Below, piece after piece: positions 40,441 to 53,728 of a stretch of 64,000 nucleotides of DNA. Each line of letters begins with the position of its first letter. The stretch's first letter is position 1. The notes under the pieces are model-generated. The model searched no databases, was not told the origin of the DNA, and worked only from the letters and a program-made list of their open reading frames with translations. Position numbers and translations under genes: made by a program. Source of the stretch: Lingula anatina (taxonomy: Eukaryota > Animalia > Brachiopoda); contig CM120644.1 of assembly GCA_051362555.1 (NCBI GenBank), positions 23,954,534 to 24,018,533 of the forward strand. The letters run 5' to 3'.

Positions 40441-43400
40441 TAGTTTACATCTAAAATTTTATTATCATCATGAGCTATAAATGGAAATATTACTCTTAAG
40501 GGCATAAGGGCACCAGATGAGATAGAATCCACTAAAGTTAATCTGCTGATTCTAGAATATTTACTTAAATTTGAAATAAAAAAAATTATGTTGGGTTGTT
40601 GAAAATGAGCTATATTAACCTATATGCAGCTAATACGCACTAACTCTGCAAGTACTCTCGCTGAATACAATCAGATTAAAAGAACAGCATGCCTCCTTTG
40701 ATATCCTGACATTGAGTAGAATACGTAACAGATTAACCGTTATTTATATGGGTTTGTTGGTTACCTGGTTACCTTTAAGATCTTGACATTGAGTAGAATA
40801 TGTAACAGATTAACTGTTGTTTATATGGGTTTGTTGGTTACCTGGTTACCTTTAAGATCCTGACATTGAGTAGAATATGTAACAGATTAACTGTTGTTTA
40901 TATGGGTTTGTTGGTTACCTGGTTACCTTTAAGATCCTGACATTGAGTAGAATACGTAACAGATTAACTGTTGTTTATGTGGGTTTGTTGGTTACCTTTA
41001 ACATCCTGACATTGAGTAGAATACGTAACAGATTAACTGTTGTTTATATGGGTTTGTTGGTTACCTGGTTACCTTTAAGATCCTGACATTGAGTAGAATA
41101 TGTAACAGATTAACTGTTGTTTATATGGGTTTGTTGGTTACCTGGTTACCTTTAAGATCCTGACATTGAGTAGAATACGTAACAGATTAACTGTTGTTTA
41201 TGTGGGTTTGTTGGTTACCTTTAACATCCTGACATTGAGTAGAATACGTAACAGATTAACTGTTGTTTATGTGGGTTTGTTGGTTACCTTTAACATCCTG
41301 ACATTGAGTAGAATACGTAACAGATTAACTGTTGTTTATATGGGTTTGTTGGTTACCTTTAAGATCCTGACATTGAGTAGAATACGTAACAGATTAACTG
41401 TTGTTTATATGGGTTTGTTGGTTACCTTTAAGATCCTGACATTGAGTAGAATACGTAACAGATTAACTGTTGTTTATATGGGTTTGTTGGTTACCTTTAA
41501 GATCCTGACATTGAGTAGAATACGTAACAGATTAACTGTTGTTTATATGGGTTTGTTGGTTACCTGGTTACCTTTAAGATCCTGACATTGAGTAGAATAC
41601 GTAACAGATTAACTGTTGTTTATGTGGGTTTGTTGGTTACCTTTAAGATCCTGACATTGAGTAGAATACGTAACAGATTAACTGTTGTTTATATGGGTTT
41701 GTTGGTTACCTTTAAGATCCTGACATTGAGTAGAATACGTAACAGATTAACTGTTGTTTATATGGGTTTGTTGGTTACCTTTAAGATCCTGACATTGAGT
41801 AGAATACGTAACAGATTAACTGTTGTTTATATGGGTTTGTTGGTTACCTGGTTACCTTTAAGATCCTGACATTGAGTAGAATACGTAACAGATTAACTGT
41901 TGTTTATGTGGGTTTGTTGGTTACCTTTAAGATCCTGACATTGAGTAGAATACGTAACAGATTAACTGTTGTTTATATGGGTTTGTTGGTTACCTGGTTA
42001 CCTTTAAGATCCTGACATTGAGTAGAATACGTAACAGATTAACTGTTGTTTATATGGGTTTGTTGGTTACCTGGTTACCTTTAAGATCCTGACATTGAGT
42101 AGAATACGTAACAGATTAACTGTTGTTTATATGGGTTTGTTGGTTACCTGGTTACCTTTAAGATCCTGACATTGAGTAGAATACGTAACAGATTAACTGT
42201 TGTTTATATGGGTTTGTTGGTTACCTGGTTACCTTTAAGATCCTGACATTGAGTAGAATACGTAACAGATTAACTGTTGTTTATATGGGTTTGTTGGTTA
42301 CCTGGTTACCTTTAAGATCCTGACATTGAGTAGAATACGTAACAGATTAACTGTTGTTTATATGGGTTTGTTGGTTACCTTTAAGATCCTGACATTGAGT
42401 AGAATACGTAACAGATTAACTGTTGTTTATATGGGTTTGTTGGTTACCTGGTTACCTTTAAGATCCTGACATTGAGTAGAATACGTAACAGATTAACTGT
42501 TGTTTATATGGGTTTGTTGGTTACCTGGTTACCTTTAAGATCCTGACATTGAGTAGAATACGTAACAGATTAACTGTTGTTTATATGGGTTTGTTGGTTA
42601 CCTTTAAGATCCTGACATTGAGTAGAATACGTAACAGATTAACTGTTGTTTATATGGGTTTGTTGGTTACCTGGTTACTTTTAAGATCCTGACATTGAGT
42701 AGAATACGTAACAGATTAACTGTTGTTTATATGGGTTTGTTGGTTACCTTTAAGATCCTGACATTGAGTAGAATACGTAACAGATTAACTGTTGTTTATA
42801 TGGGTTTGTTGGTTACCTGGTTACCTTTAAGATCTTGACATTGAGAAGAATACGTAACAGATTAACTGTTGTTTATATGGGTTTGTTGGTTACCTTTAAC
42901 ATCCTGACATTGAGTAGAATACGTAACAGATTAACTGTTGTTTATATGGGTTTGTTGGTTACCTGGTTACTTTTAAGATCCTGACATTGAGTAGAATACG
43001 TAACAGATTAACTGTTGTTTATATGGGTTTGTTGGTTACCTTTAAGATCCTGACATTGAGTAGAATACGTAACAGATTAACTGTTATTTATATGGGTTTG
43101 TTGGTTACCTGGTTACCTTTAAGATCCTGACATTGAGTAGAATACGTAACAGATAAACTGTTGTTTATGCAGGTTTGTTGGTTACCTGGTTACCTTTAAG
43201 ATCCTGACATTGAGTAGAATACGTAACAGATAAACTGTTGTTTATATGGGTTTGTTGGTTACCTGGTTACCTTTAAGATCCTGACATTGAGTAGAATACG
43301 TAACAGATTAACTGTTGTTTATATGGGTTTGTTGGTTACCTTTAAGATCCTGACATTGAGTAGAATACGTAACAGATTAACTGTTGTTTATATGTTTTTG

Positions 43401-46391
43401 TTGGTTACCTTTAAGATCCTGACATTGAATAGCATACGTAACAGATTAACTGTTGTTTATATGTTTTTGTTGGTTACCTTTAAGATCCTGACATTGAGTA
43501 GAATACGTAACAGATTAACTGTTATTTATATGGGTTTGTTGGTTACCTGGTTACCTTTAAGATCCTGACATTGAGTAGAATACGTAACAGATAAACTGTT
43601 GTTTATGCAGGTTTGTTGGTTACCTGGTTACCTTTAAGATCCTGACATTGAGTAGAATACGTAACAGATAAACTGTTGTTTATATGGGTTTGTTGGTTAC
43701 CTTTAAGATCCTGACATTGAGTAGAATACGTTACAGATTAACTGTTGTTTATATGGGTTTGTTGGTTACCTGGTTACCTTTAAGATCCTGACATTGAGTA
43801 GAATACGTAACAGATAAACTGTTGTTTATATGGGTTTGTTGGTTACCTGGTTACCTTTAAGATCCTGACATTGAGAAGAATACGTAACAGATTAACTGTT
43901 GTTTATATGGGTTTGTTGGTTACCTGGTTACCTTTAAGATCTTGACATTGAGAAGAATACGTAACAGATTAACTGTTGTTTATATGGGTTTGTTGGTTAC
44001 CTGGTTACCTTTAATATCCTGACATTGAATAGAATACGTAACAGATTAACTGTTGTTTATGTGGGTTTGTTGGTTACCTTTAACATCCTGACATTGAGTA
44101 GAATACGTAACAGATTAACTGTTGTTTATATGGGTTTGTTGGTTACCTTTAAGATCCTGACATTGAGTAGAATACGTAACAGATAAACTGTTGTTTATAT
44201 GGGTTTGTTGGTTACCTTTAAGATCCTGACATTGAGTAGAATACGTAACAGATAAACTGTTGTTTATATGGGTTTGTTGGTTACCTGGTTACTTTTAAGA
44301 TCTTGACATTGAGTAGAATACGTAACAGATTAACTGTTGTTTATATGGGTTTGTTGGTTACCTTTAAGATCATGACATTGAGTAGAATACGTAACAGATT
44401 AACTGTTATTTATATGGGTTTGTTGGTTACCTTTAAGATCCTGACATTGAGTAGAATACGTAACAGATAAACTGTTGTTTATATGGGTTTGTTGGTTACC
44501 TGGTTACTTTTAAGATCATGACATTGAGTAGAATACGTAACAGATTAACTGTTGTTTATATGGGTTTGTTGGTTACCTTTAAGATCCTGACATTGAGTAG
44601 AATACGTAACAGATTAACTGTTGTTTATATGGGTTTGTTGGTTACCTGGTTACCTTTAAGATCCTGACATTGAGTAGAATACGTAACAGATTAACTGTTG
44701 TTTATATGGGTTTGTTGGTTACCTTTAAGATCCTGACATTGAGTAGAATACGTAACAGATTAACTGTTGTTTATATGGGTTTGTTGGTTACCTGGTTACC
44801 TTTAAGATCCTGACATTGAGTAGAATACGTAACAGATAAACTGTTGTTTATATGGGTTTGTTGGTTACCTTTAAGATCCTGACATTGAGTAGAATACGTA
44901 ACAGATTAACTGTTGTTTATATGGGTTTGTTGGTTACCTGGTTACCTTTAAGATCCTGACATTGAGTAGAATACGTAACAGATAAACTGTTGTTTATATG
45001 GGTTTGTTGGTTACCTGGTTACCTTTAAGATCTTGACATTGAGTAGAATACGTAACAGATTAACTGTTGTTTATATGGGTTTGTTGGTTACCTTTAAGAT
45101 CATGACATTGAGTAGAATACGTAACAGATTAACTGTTATTTATATGGGTTTGTTGGTTACCTTTAAGATCCTGACATTGAGTAGAATACGTACAGATAAA
45201 CTGTTGTTTATATGGGTTTGTTGGTTACCTGGTTACCTTTAAGATCCTGACATTGAGTAGAATACGTAACAGATTAACTGTTGTTTATATGGGTTTGTTG
45301 GTTACCTGGTTACTTTTAAGATCCTGACATTGAGTAGAATACGTAACAGATTAACTGTTGTTTATATGGGTTTGTTGGTTACCTTTAAGATCCTGACATT
45401 GAGTAGAATACGTAACAGATTAACTGTTGTTTATATGGGTTTGTTGGTTACCTTTAAGATCCTGACATTGAGTAGAATACGTAACAGATTAACTGTTGTT
45501 TATATGGGTTTGTTGGTTACCTGGTTACCTTTAAGATCCTGACATTGAGTAGAATACGTAACAGATTAACTGTTGTTTATATGGGTTTGTTGGTTACCTT
45601 TAACATCCTGACATTGAGTAGAATACGTAACAGATTAACTGTTGTTTATATGGGTTTGTTGGTTACCTGGTTACCTTTAAGATCCTGACATTGAATAGAA
45701 TACGTAACAGATTAACTGTTGTTTATGTGGGTTTGTTGGTTACCTGGTTACCTTTAAGATCCTGACATTGAGTAGAATACGTAACAGATTAACTGTTGTT
45801 TATATGGGTTTGTTGGTTACCTGGTTACCTTTAAGATCCTGACATTGAGTAGAATACGTAACAGATAAACTGTTGTTTATATGGGTTTGTTGGTTACCTG
45901 GTTACCTTTAATATCCTGACATTGAGTAGAATATGTAACAGATTAACTGTTGTTTATATGGGTTTGTTGGTTACCTTTAAGATCCTGACATTGAGAAGAA
46001 TACGTAACAGATTAACTGTTGTTTATATGGGTTTGTTGGTTACCTGGTTACCTTTAAGATCCTGACATTGAGTAGAATATGTAACAGATTAACTGTTGTT
46101 TATGCAGGTTTGTTGGTTACCTGGTTGGGATCAGCACCAGCAGCTAGCAGAACTCTAGCCATCATCAGGTTGGAGCGAATACTTGCATTATAAAGGGGAC
46201 TTCGACCATCAACACTGGTGGAGTTTACTGCACAACCAGCCTATAGGAGATTGATTTAATAATAAATATTATATAATATCATTTCACATGTTTTTTTTTT
46301 CTTTCATGTTACTGATGGCCTGGTCGGTCTACTGTTACTTAAAAAAAAGATTAAAGAATTAAGAAACAAACAAACAAACAAACAAATCATC

Positions 46392-46422
<31 letters not shown>

Positions 46423-46954
46423 GAAAAAAGAAAAGATGTGTGGAATGAGACATAATATAAAACTTTGCATTCTGTTGATTCTCTTTTGATTAATTAATTA
46501 ATCATTATTATTGATTAGTACTATTTATTTTATTTTCTGATTTTTTTATATTTCTTTTTTGCTTGTTTAAATTCATTTATTATCAAACTACATGAATAAC
46601 TTTAATCTAACTGAAAATACTCTGTATGCATTTGAAAATATCCCCAAGTCATATTTTCCTTGTCTACATATTCTGCAAAGCTAATCAGCTAATTAAGAAT
46701 GGCATTAATCATTGAATCTGAGTACAGGGACGAGATGAGATTTTTGCTTTTTGAGTGTAGCAAAAAAAAAAAAAAAAAAATTTTGTCCCTTAGTGAGCAG
46801 AAGACCCCACCCACCCCAAATAAGGATAATCCGATCAAATCAACTATAATGGCAAAGTCTATTGATAAATTACCCGTAAAAGCAGCTGCACCTGCTCTAA
46901 GGTTCCAAACTTGGTGGCCTTATGGATATCCCAGTCTTGCCATTGTAAATCCAT
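38244..46954 (-). CDS. Ankyrin repeat and SOCS-box (ASB-like) protein
   Basis: Exons 46954-46874, 46240-46121, 40391-40238, 39611-39516 and 38998-38244 join in frame with GT/AG. Ankyrin motifs (GRSPLYNA, TTPLLTAL, TSPLTRAI); C-terminal SOCS box PSLLHCCVRAIRRTL..IKSLKLPDSLLKLL. Confidence 0.88.
40701..46126. repeat. Intronic satellite of 69/77-bp units, roughly 70-75 copies
   Basis: Unit gatcctgacattgagtagaatacgtaacagattaactgttgtttatatgggtttgttggttacct[ggttacct]ttaa; highly homogeneous; ends at the exon boundary 46121. Confidence 0.98.
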
Positions 46955-47642
46955 CCTCTTGCCTTGGAGGCCTACTGTAGCTCTTCAATGTCAACATCAA
47001 CTGGAGAATCAAACTATATACAGGTATATAGAAAGTGAATTCAAAGCCAAAGGGGGATGGGTCTTTAATTATCTGAAATATTGTATTTTTATTGTGAAAC
47101 CTTGCTACATGTATTTAAGTTCTAATCTTTAGAAAGAAAAAAAATGAAAAAAAAAAAAACTGCAGGATTGATATTAATTAGTCTGTTTATTATATATGCT
47201 CAAAGGTTTTTAACTTTTTACCCCTGACAGATTTTACTATTAGTAGTATGGCTATTTTATTACATTAGTATAACTTAATAATACCGAGCCTTAACATTTC
47301 CAAAGAGAGTTATAAAACTGTTCCCAAATCATTTATACAATTATACATGTACTACCATTTTTGAAGTTATTTTTCAATGAAAATTGAAGTGGAACGAGTC
47401 TGTGGAGGACTACCACGAGGACTACAACCCCAGCTTTATCCTACTAGCGAGTTAAATGAAAAAAATATTTATACAACCTTCACTACCTCTAGGGCACTGT
47501 ATATTTCTTGTAAATTAGTTTGAGTGAGTCTCTCTCTCTCTCTCTCTCTCTCTCTACCTACCTACTTGCCACGGGTTGTGCCTGTCTTGCAACCTTGACC
47601 TCCAAAAAGGAGGAAAACTATACATCGATACCAATTTGCTAC

Positions 47643-48562
47643 ATGGACGGCACGACGGTGTTAAAACACCACATAAAGCATGAATTGTGCTCTACACGCC
47701 CTGCCTATCGAGAAGGGAGGGACCTTAAGGCTGTGAAGGTAAGAAATGGATTTAGATTTATGAGTAAACCACTTAACTGTGGCAATGCGTAACTTTTTAA
47801 AACTAAGTTTGCCCACAATTGGATCTCGATTTGTCCGAAGACGTTCAGGGGGTGGAAACGCGCTACTTATATGATTAAGACGAGCCTAGCCGTCAGTACC
47901 GGATGTTGTTTTGTGACCTTGAGGAGCAATTAGGTTCGGTCGTTGCGGCACGCATGAACAGTAGTTGAACTACCACACCTGGGTCTTTTGTTTTTGACAA
48001 CTGTTCACTCGTCATCGAGGCGCTTGTTCAAGACTACAGGCTGATATCTACTAGTACTACCAGTGGCTTCATTAGTAACGTTCCCACAATACTTAGTTTT
48101 CTGTCTGTGCGTACATACCCTGAAAAAAGCCAGCCTCGCTGACGAGGACAATGGACGTTTCTCACCCCTCTCTAGGATTACCCCTGACGTTTTCAAACTC
48201 TTATCTGCGTTCTGTATTATTACTAGTCCTAGCCTTTACAACTAGTATATACAACCAATTATCTGTCTCTGACACCCTGAAAACTGCTTGGAACAGCTAG
48301 TGAATATGTATGAGTAGGAAATTTGATGAACTCGATGAACTCGAGAATATGTATGAATAGGAAATTTGATGCAGTGAGTAAAAATAAATAAATGAATGAA
48401 TAAATAATGATAATAATAATAATAATACAAATTAAGAATTTTCTACTTAATATGGAATTTTAATCTGTGAAATATTTACTATAAAACTTCTTATGTAGTC
48501 TACTGCCAAGGTGCACAGTAAAAATGGAATCCGCCATGTAAAAAGAAATTATAATAAGAACG

Positions 48563-48602
<40 letters not shown>

Positions 48603-51375
48603 CACCATTCCCAGGTATACAGTGTAGCTCAGGAGTCCCAGTACCTCCTAGTTCAGGGAGTACCAGCTGTGGGGGCCTCTGCAGAGCTGATCAAACTGTT
48701 TGCTTTATATGGGGAAATCTTGGAGTACAGAATTCTGGACCAGTATCCCACAGATGACAACTACACAGAAGTTTACTGGATAAAATATAAGAAGATACAG
48801 TCTGCAAGGTGGGTCTGGGTGACTGGAATTTTTTTCTTTAATTCTGTATTAATTTACTCATAGATTATGTAAGCACAGCCAATGCGTTTTATGGTATATC
48901 TAGATTTTTCTGAATTGTCAGATGTTGCTTTGATAATTTGTAATAAATATACTATTTTTGGTTAAGTTACTAGTAGATTTATTTACTTGGCATACTGGAC
49001 ATTTTTGATAAAACTAAGACCATAGTTTTAAACTTCCATATATAACTGAAGTAACTGTCTTGGATATAAGGTATCAAACATTATGCCTAAAAATATTGAA
49101 TTTAAAATGGATTTAATTGATATAACTTTAGAGATCTTTAAATCAACTTATAGAACAAATGTTGGTTCATGGCAGTATTGGCTATATAGCCTTGTAGAAT
49201 TTTATACAGTGTACTGTGGACGGGGCAATAGTCCGAAGGTTCAATAGTCCGAAGGTTCATTGGTCCGAATTTTCACTACAGAACCTTCGGACCAATGAAC
49301 CCTTGATTTATAAACCGATGAAAATGTTACCGTTTTTTGGACCAATGAACCCTCAGACCAGTGAACCTTCGGACTATCAAGATGCCCCCCTGTGGACAGC
49401 AGTTGTTAACACTTGTTGTTAACCTTCACTTTCCAGGTTTGCCAAGAAGAAGCTAGACGACTATGCCTTCTTTGGAGGTGCACTTCACATCTGTTATGCC
49501 CCAGAATACGAGTCTGTCCAGGAAACCAAGGACAAGCTGCGGGAACGTAGAAGGGAGGTAGCAGTGAGGCTCAGAAAACTTAGTAAGTGGTACCAAGACT
49601 AAAAATGATAGAAGTTTAGTATGTGGCTGTAATAACTCAAGATTCTGAAGTGATGATAACTTGGCTAAAATTTGCTAAGTGGTTTTGAGGCTTAATAATT
49701 CAGTCATTGGCAGAGAGGCCAAAAGTCTCAATTGCTATAAATTGAAAATTAATAGAATAACTATTTATGTATTAATAAAACATAACTTATACCAGGCCAG
49801 CGCTTCGAACAATAGGATAATTGCACTTGTATTTCACATACAGGTTTACCTGTATTTTTATAGGCTTCGATGTGTTCATTCTGTTGTTTGATTGAAGTAA
49901 TTTGAAATTTAGGTGTGGAAGTCTAAGAATGAATTTCTTTAGTTCTAGATATATGGAATTTTTAGTGCTGCATGGCGTATTTTATTTATTTCTTAATCTA
50001 TGTGTCATCCTTTTATGTTTACCCAGCATATCTCATTTCAGAAGAGGCAAGTAGTTCCCAGTCTTCATTAGTGTCTGAGACAGCTACAGGAGACAGCTCT
50101 TCCATACTCCAGACCATAGCCACTGATACAGCCCCTGGGTCATCCCAGCCAGGGCTGGACAACACTGGACATCAGCACTGGTCAGATAGTGGACATCAAC
50201 ACATCTCAAGCAGTGGACAGAGGCCAGGGACTGACCACCATCACCATCAACACACAAAGACACAACAGGATCTCCAACATGAAACACGCATGTACAACAC
50301 CCCACCCCCACCACCCCCACCACCCCCTCCTTTCCTCCCACCCCCACCCCTACCTCAGCCACACCCACCCTGGGGACACACCCACCACCACCCTGGGTAT
50401 CACCCCCACCCATTGTATCCCAGCATGCACCCAGAAGGGCGGTATGGGTGGGGGGTTCCAGGACTTCACCCCCAGCCTCAGGGTACACCAGCAGGACCCC
50501 CGGGTCACTTAACCCCTGGGCATCATCCTGTGGTCACTTCCCATGGACATGCTGGTTATAGTACAGGAAGTGACCAACAGGGGGCGTTAGGAGGGACAAA
50601 TCTCAGAAACTGGAATAATGCCATGAAGCAGGATTTGACAGAAAAATTGCATGGTGACAAACAAAGCTCTGTTAATAAAAGTCATAATAATTCTCTGTCA
50701 CGTGATGGACCTACACAACCAGTTGTAGATAGAAACCTGACATCAGGAGACATTGTTGTCAAAAATTTCAAACCCAAGAACCAGACAGCACCAAAGTTTA
50801 TACCTAGACAGGCTTTACAAAAGATTCAAAAACAGAGTGAAACCAAAGAATCCTCAAATGCGGACAGAGATCTCTTAAATGAAGACTTACGGCGGAATGC
50901 ATGTATTCTTGGAGATGTTAAAGGTCCGGCAGTAAAACCTGGAGAAGAGAGGAAGGCGATGGAGGAAGAAGAAAAATCTGTTGATAACACTGTGAAACAA
51001 ATCAGGGACAAAGTGAAAAGTGTAGGTGAAAATAACTGAGATTGTGAACAGAACAAAGATTGTGACAATTTGGAGTTTTGGTTAAGCAGAGCAGAGTTTA
51101 TTATTTTTTGCATTTTTTTTTTTTTTACTTACTTAGATTTGACTAAAGAACTGTTTCAAAAGTCAGTGAAATAATTGTAACAATATTCAGATTTTTGAAT
51201 CAACCAACAGTTCATCAGCTTTTACTTTTTTTTAGTTAAAATGCTAATATAATGTGAAGTATAGAATGTATTAATTATCAGCAGTAACATTGTGGTTTCT
51301 TTCAACTTCCAGTTTTCAACAACTTTGCCGTTACCAATTCCAAAGAAGAAAAGAAAAACTGAATCAGGCAGCTGA
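47643..51375 (+). CDS. RBM48: RNA-binding protein 48 (minor spliceosome factor)
   Basis: Exons 47643-47738, 48615-48808, 49437-49582, 50027 (or 50042)-51021 and 51313-51375. CSTRPAYREGR..AVKVYSV..ESQYLLVQGVPAVG..FALYG..FFGGALHICYAPEYESVQETKDKL matches the RBM48 RRM as I recall it. Confidence 0.92.
49222..49389. mobile_element. 168-bp MITE with 8-bp TSD in an RBM48 intron
   Basis: CTGTGGAC duplicated at 49214-49221 and 49390-49397; internal inverted short repeats gtccgaaggttc/gaaccttcggac. Confidence 0.8.
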
Positions 51376-51576
51376 CGATGAGACACTGCTTGAAGAGTGC
51401 CAAGAACACAGGCAGATACTAATAAAGATTCTGCCGTTTTGGCTTACCTAAACAGGGGAAAGTGCCTTCATTAGTTGACTGAAGCATCAACCCTCACAGG
51501 TGTTTTGACTCTGTAAAATTAACATTTCTTTTTCACCATCGTTTCTTAAAAAAATGAAAAACTCTTTTCACAGTTA

Positions 51577-52935
51577 TGTGGATTGTGTTTGTTATGATAC
51601 TTTGTCTGACAATTAAACTACTCGGTGTCAATACACAGACAGGACAGAGATGTGGTGGTGATTGTGTTTGTTATGATACTATGTCTGACAATTAAACTAC
51701 TCGGTGTCAATACACAGACAGGACAGAGATGTGGTGGTGATTGTGGTTGTTATGATACTATGTCTGACAATTAAACTACTCGGTGTCAATACACAGACAG
51801 GACAGAGATGTGGTGGTGATTGTGTTTGTTATGATACTATGTCTGACAATTAAACTACTCAGTGTCAATACACAGACAGGACAGAGATGTGGTGGTGATT
51901 GTGTTTGTTATGATACTATGTCTGACAATTAAACTACTCAGTGTCAATACACAGACAGGACAGAGATGTGGTGGTGATTGTGTTTGTTATGATACTATGT
52001 CTGACAATTAAACTACTCAGTGTCAATACACAGACAGGACAGAGATGTGGTGGTGATTGTGTTTGTTATGATACTATGTCTGACAATTAAACTACTCAGT
52101 GTCAATACACAGGACAGAGATGTGGTGGTGATTGTGTTTGTTATGATACTATGTCTGACAATTAAACTACTCAGTGTCAACACAGACAGGACAGAGATGT
52201 GGTGGTGATTGTGTTTGTTATGATACTATGTCTGACAATTAAACTACTCGGTGTCAATACACAGACAGGACAGAGATGTGGTGGTGATTGTGTTTGTTAT
52301 GATACTATGTCTGACAATTAAACTACTCGGTGTCAATACACAGACAGGACAGAGATGTGGTGGTGATTGTGTTTGTTATGATACTATGTCTGACAATTAA
52401 ACTACTCAGTGTCAATACACAGACAGGACAGAGATGTGGTGGTGATTGTGTTTGTTATGATACTATGTCTGACAATTAAACTACTCAGTGTCAACACACA
52501 GACAGGACAGAGATGTGGTGGTGATTGTGGTTGTTATGATACTATGTCTGACAATTAAACTACTCAGTGTCAATACACAGACAGGACAGAGATGTGGTGG
52601 TGATTGTGGTTGTTATGATACTATGTCTGACAATTAAACTACTCAGTGTCAACACACAGACAGGACAGAGATGTGGTGGTGATTGTGTTTGTTATGATAC
52701 TATGTCTGACAATTAAACTACTCGGTGTCAATACACAGACAGGACAGAGATGTGGTGGTGATTGTGGTTGTTATGATACTATGTCTGACAATTAAACTAC
52801 TCAGTGTCAATACACAGACAGGACAGAGATGTGGTGGTGATTGTGGTTGTTATGATACTATGTCTGACAATTAAACTACTCAGTGTCAACACACAGACAG
52901 GACAGAGATGTGGTGGTGATTGTGGTTGTTGTGAT
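51577..52935. repeat. 79-bp minisatellite, ~17 copies, between the convergent RBM48 and ENKUR ends
   Basis: Unit gattgtgtttgttatgatactatgtctgacaattaaactactc(a/g)gtgtcaatacacagacaggacagagatgtggtggt. Confidence 0.97.
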
Positions 52936-53728
52936 GTCAGATTTGTCTCATCTAACACAATTTTAATTGAGGACCAAATTAATCAATGCACTGTCCTCGG
53001 CACAAACAAAACAGAGAACTTGGAAGGTTAAATATTGATGTTTTTGCCTTGGTGTATAAAAGTCCTCTAGCTGACATGAAACATCTTTAGTGTTTGATCC
53101 TATTAGTAAATAGAGTGACAATGACGATTTCAAATTTATTCGAAGTTAATGAAAAGGACTTCTTTTGTTTAATGGAGGGGGAGTGAAAGTAAGAGTGAGA
53201 AAGAGTAAAATAAGGACATATTGGTAATTAAAAAAAAGAACTAAAGCCGGTTATATTTACATGTAAATTTTATTACTGTAACAACTTGCTTTCAGAGTGT
53301 TGATGACATTAACATTACATAATATATGTTTTTATTTAACATTAAAACAAGTTGGCAAACTTACAAATGACAATGATGACTTATTTACAAAATGAGCCAT
53401 GAAATTATTACTCCTACACCAAGAAATACTGTGTACATGATGCGTACGTGACAACAAGGTCTTTGAGCAGATTTTCCAGATGTGAAATAGGTTCAAAAAT
53501 GAATGATTGCTTTTCTGCTTTCACAAATTAAAAGTTTCATCAAAGGCACTGTTTAGATGTAAACCAGAAAAACTAATAATACTTTTAGGGAGTTAAAACA
53601 AAAATCCTTCCATTTTCAATTCGGTAACACATGTAACAAAAGACACAGTCTTTGAAAAGATTGCTTTTTCATATACACTTGATTTCGTGGAAGTTTATAA
53701 ATACTGACATTAGAAAAAAAAGTCCCAC

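Noticed and set aside
41166-45542. Repetitive ORFs MSRIRNRLTVVY...
   Set aside because: They arise wherever 69-bp units run consecutively; TTG starts; antisense within an intron.
50084-51113. Alternative-frame and antisense ORFs over RBM48 exon 4
   Set aside because: Explained by low-complexity GC-rich sequence of the real exon.
52020-53031. ORFs within the 79-bp minisatellite
   Set aside because: Repeat-derived; the unit length is not a multiple of three.
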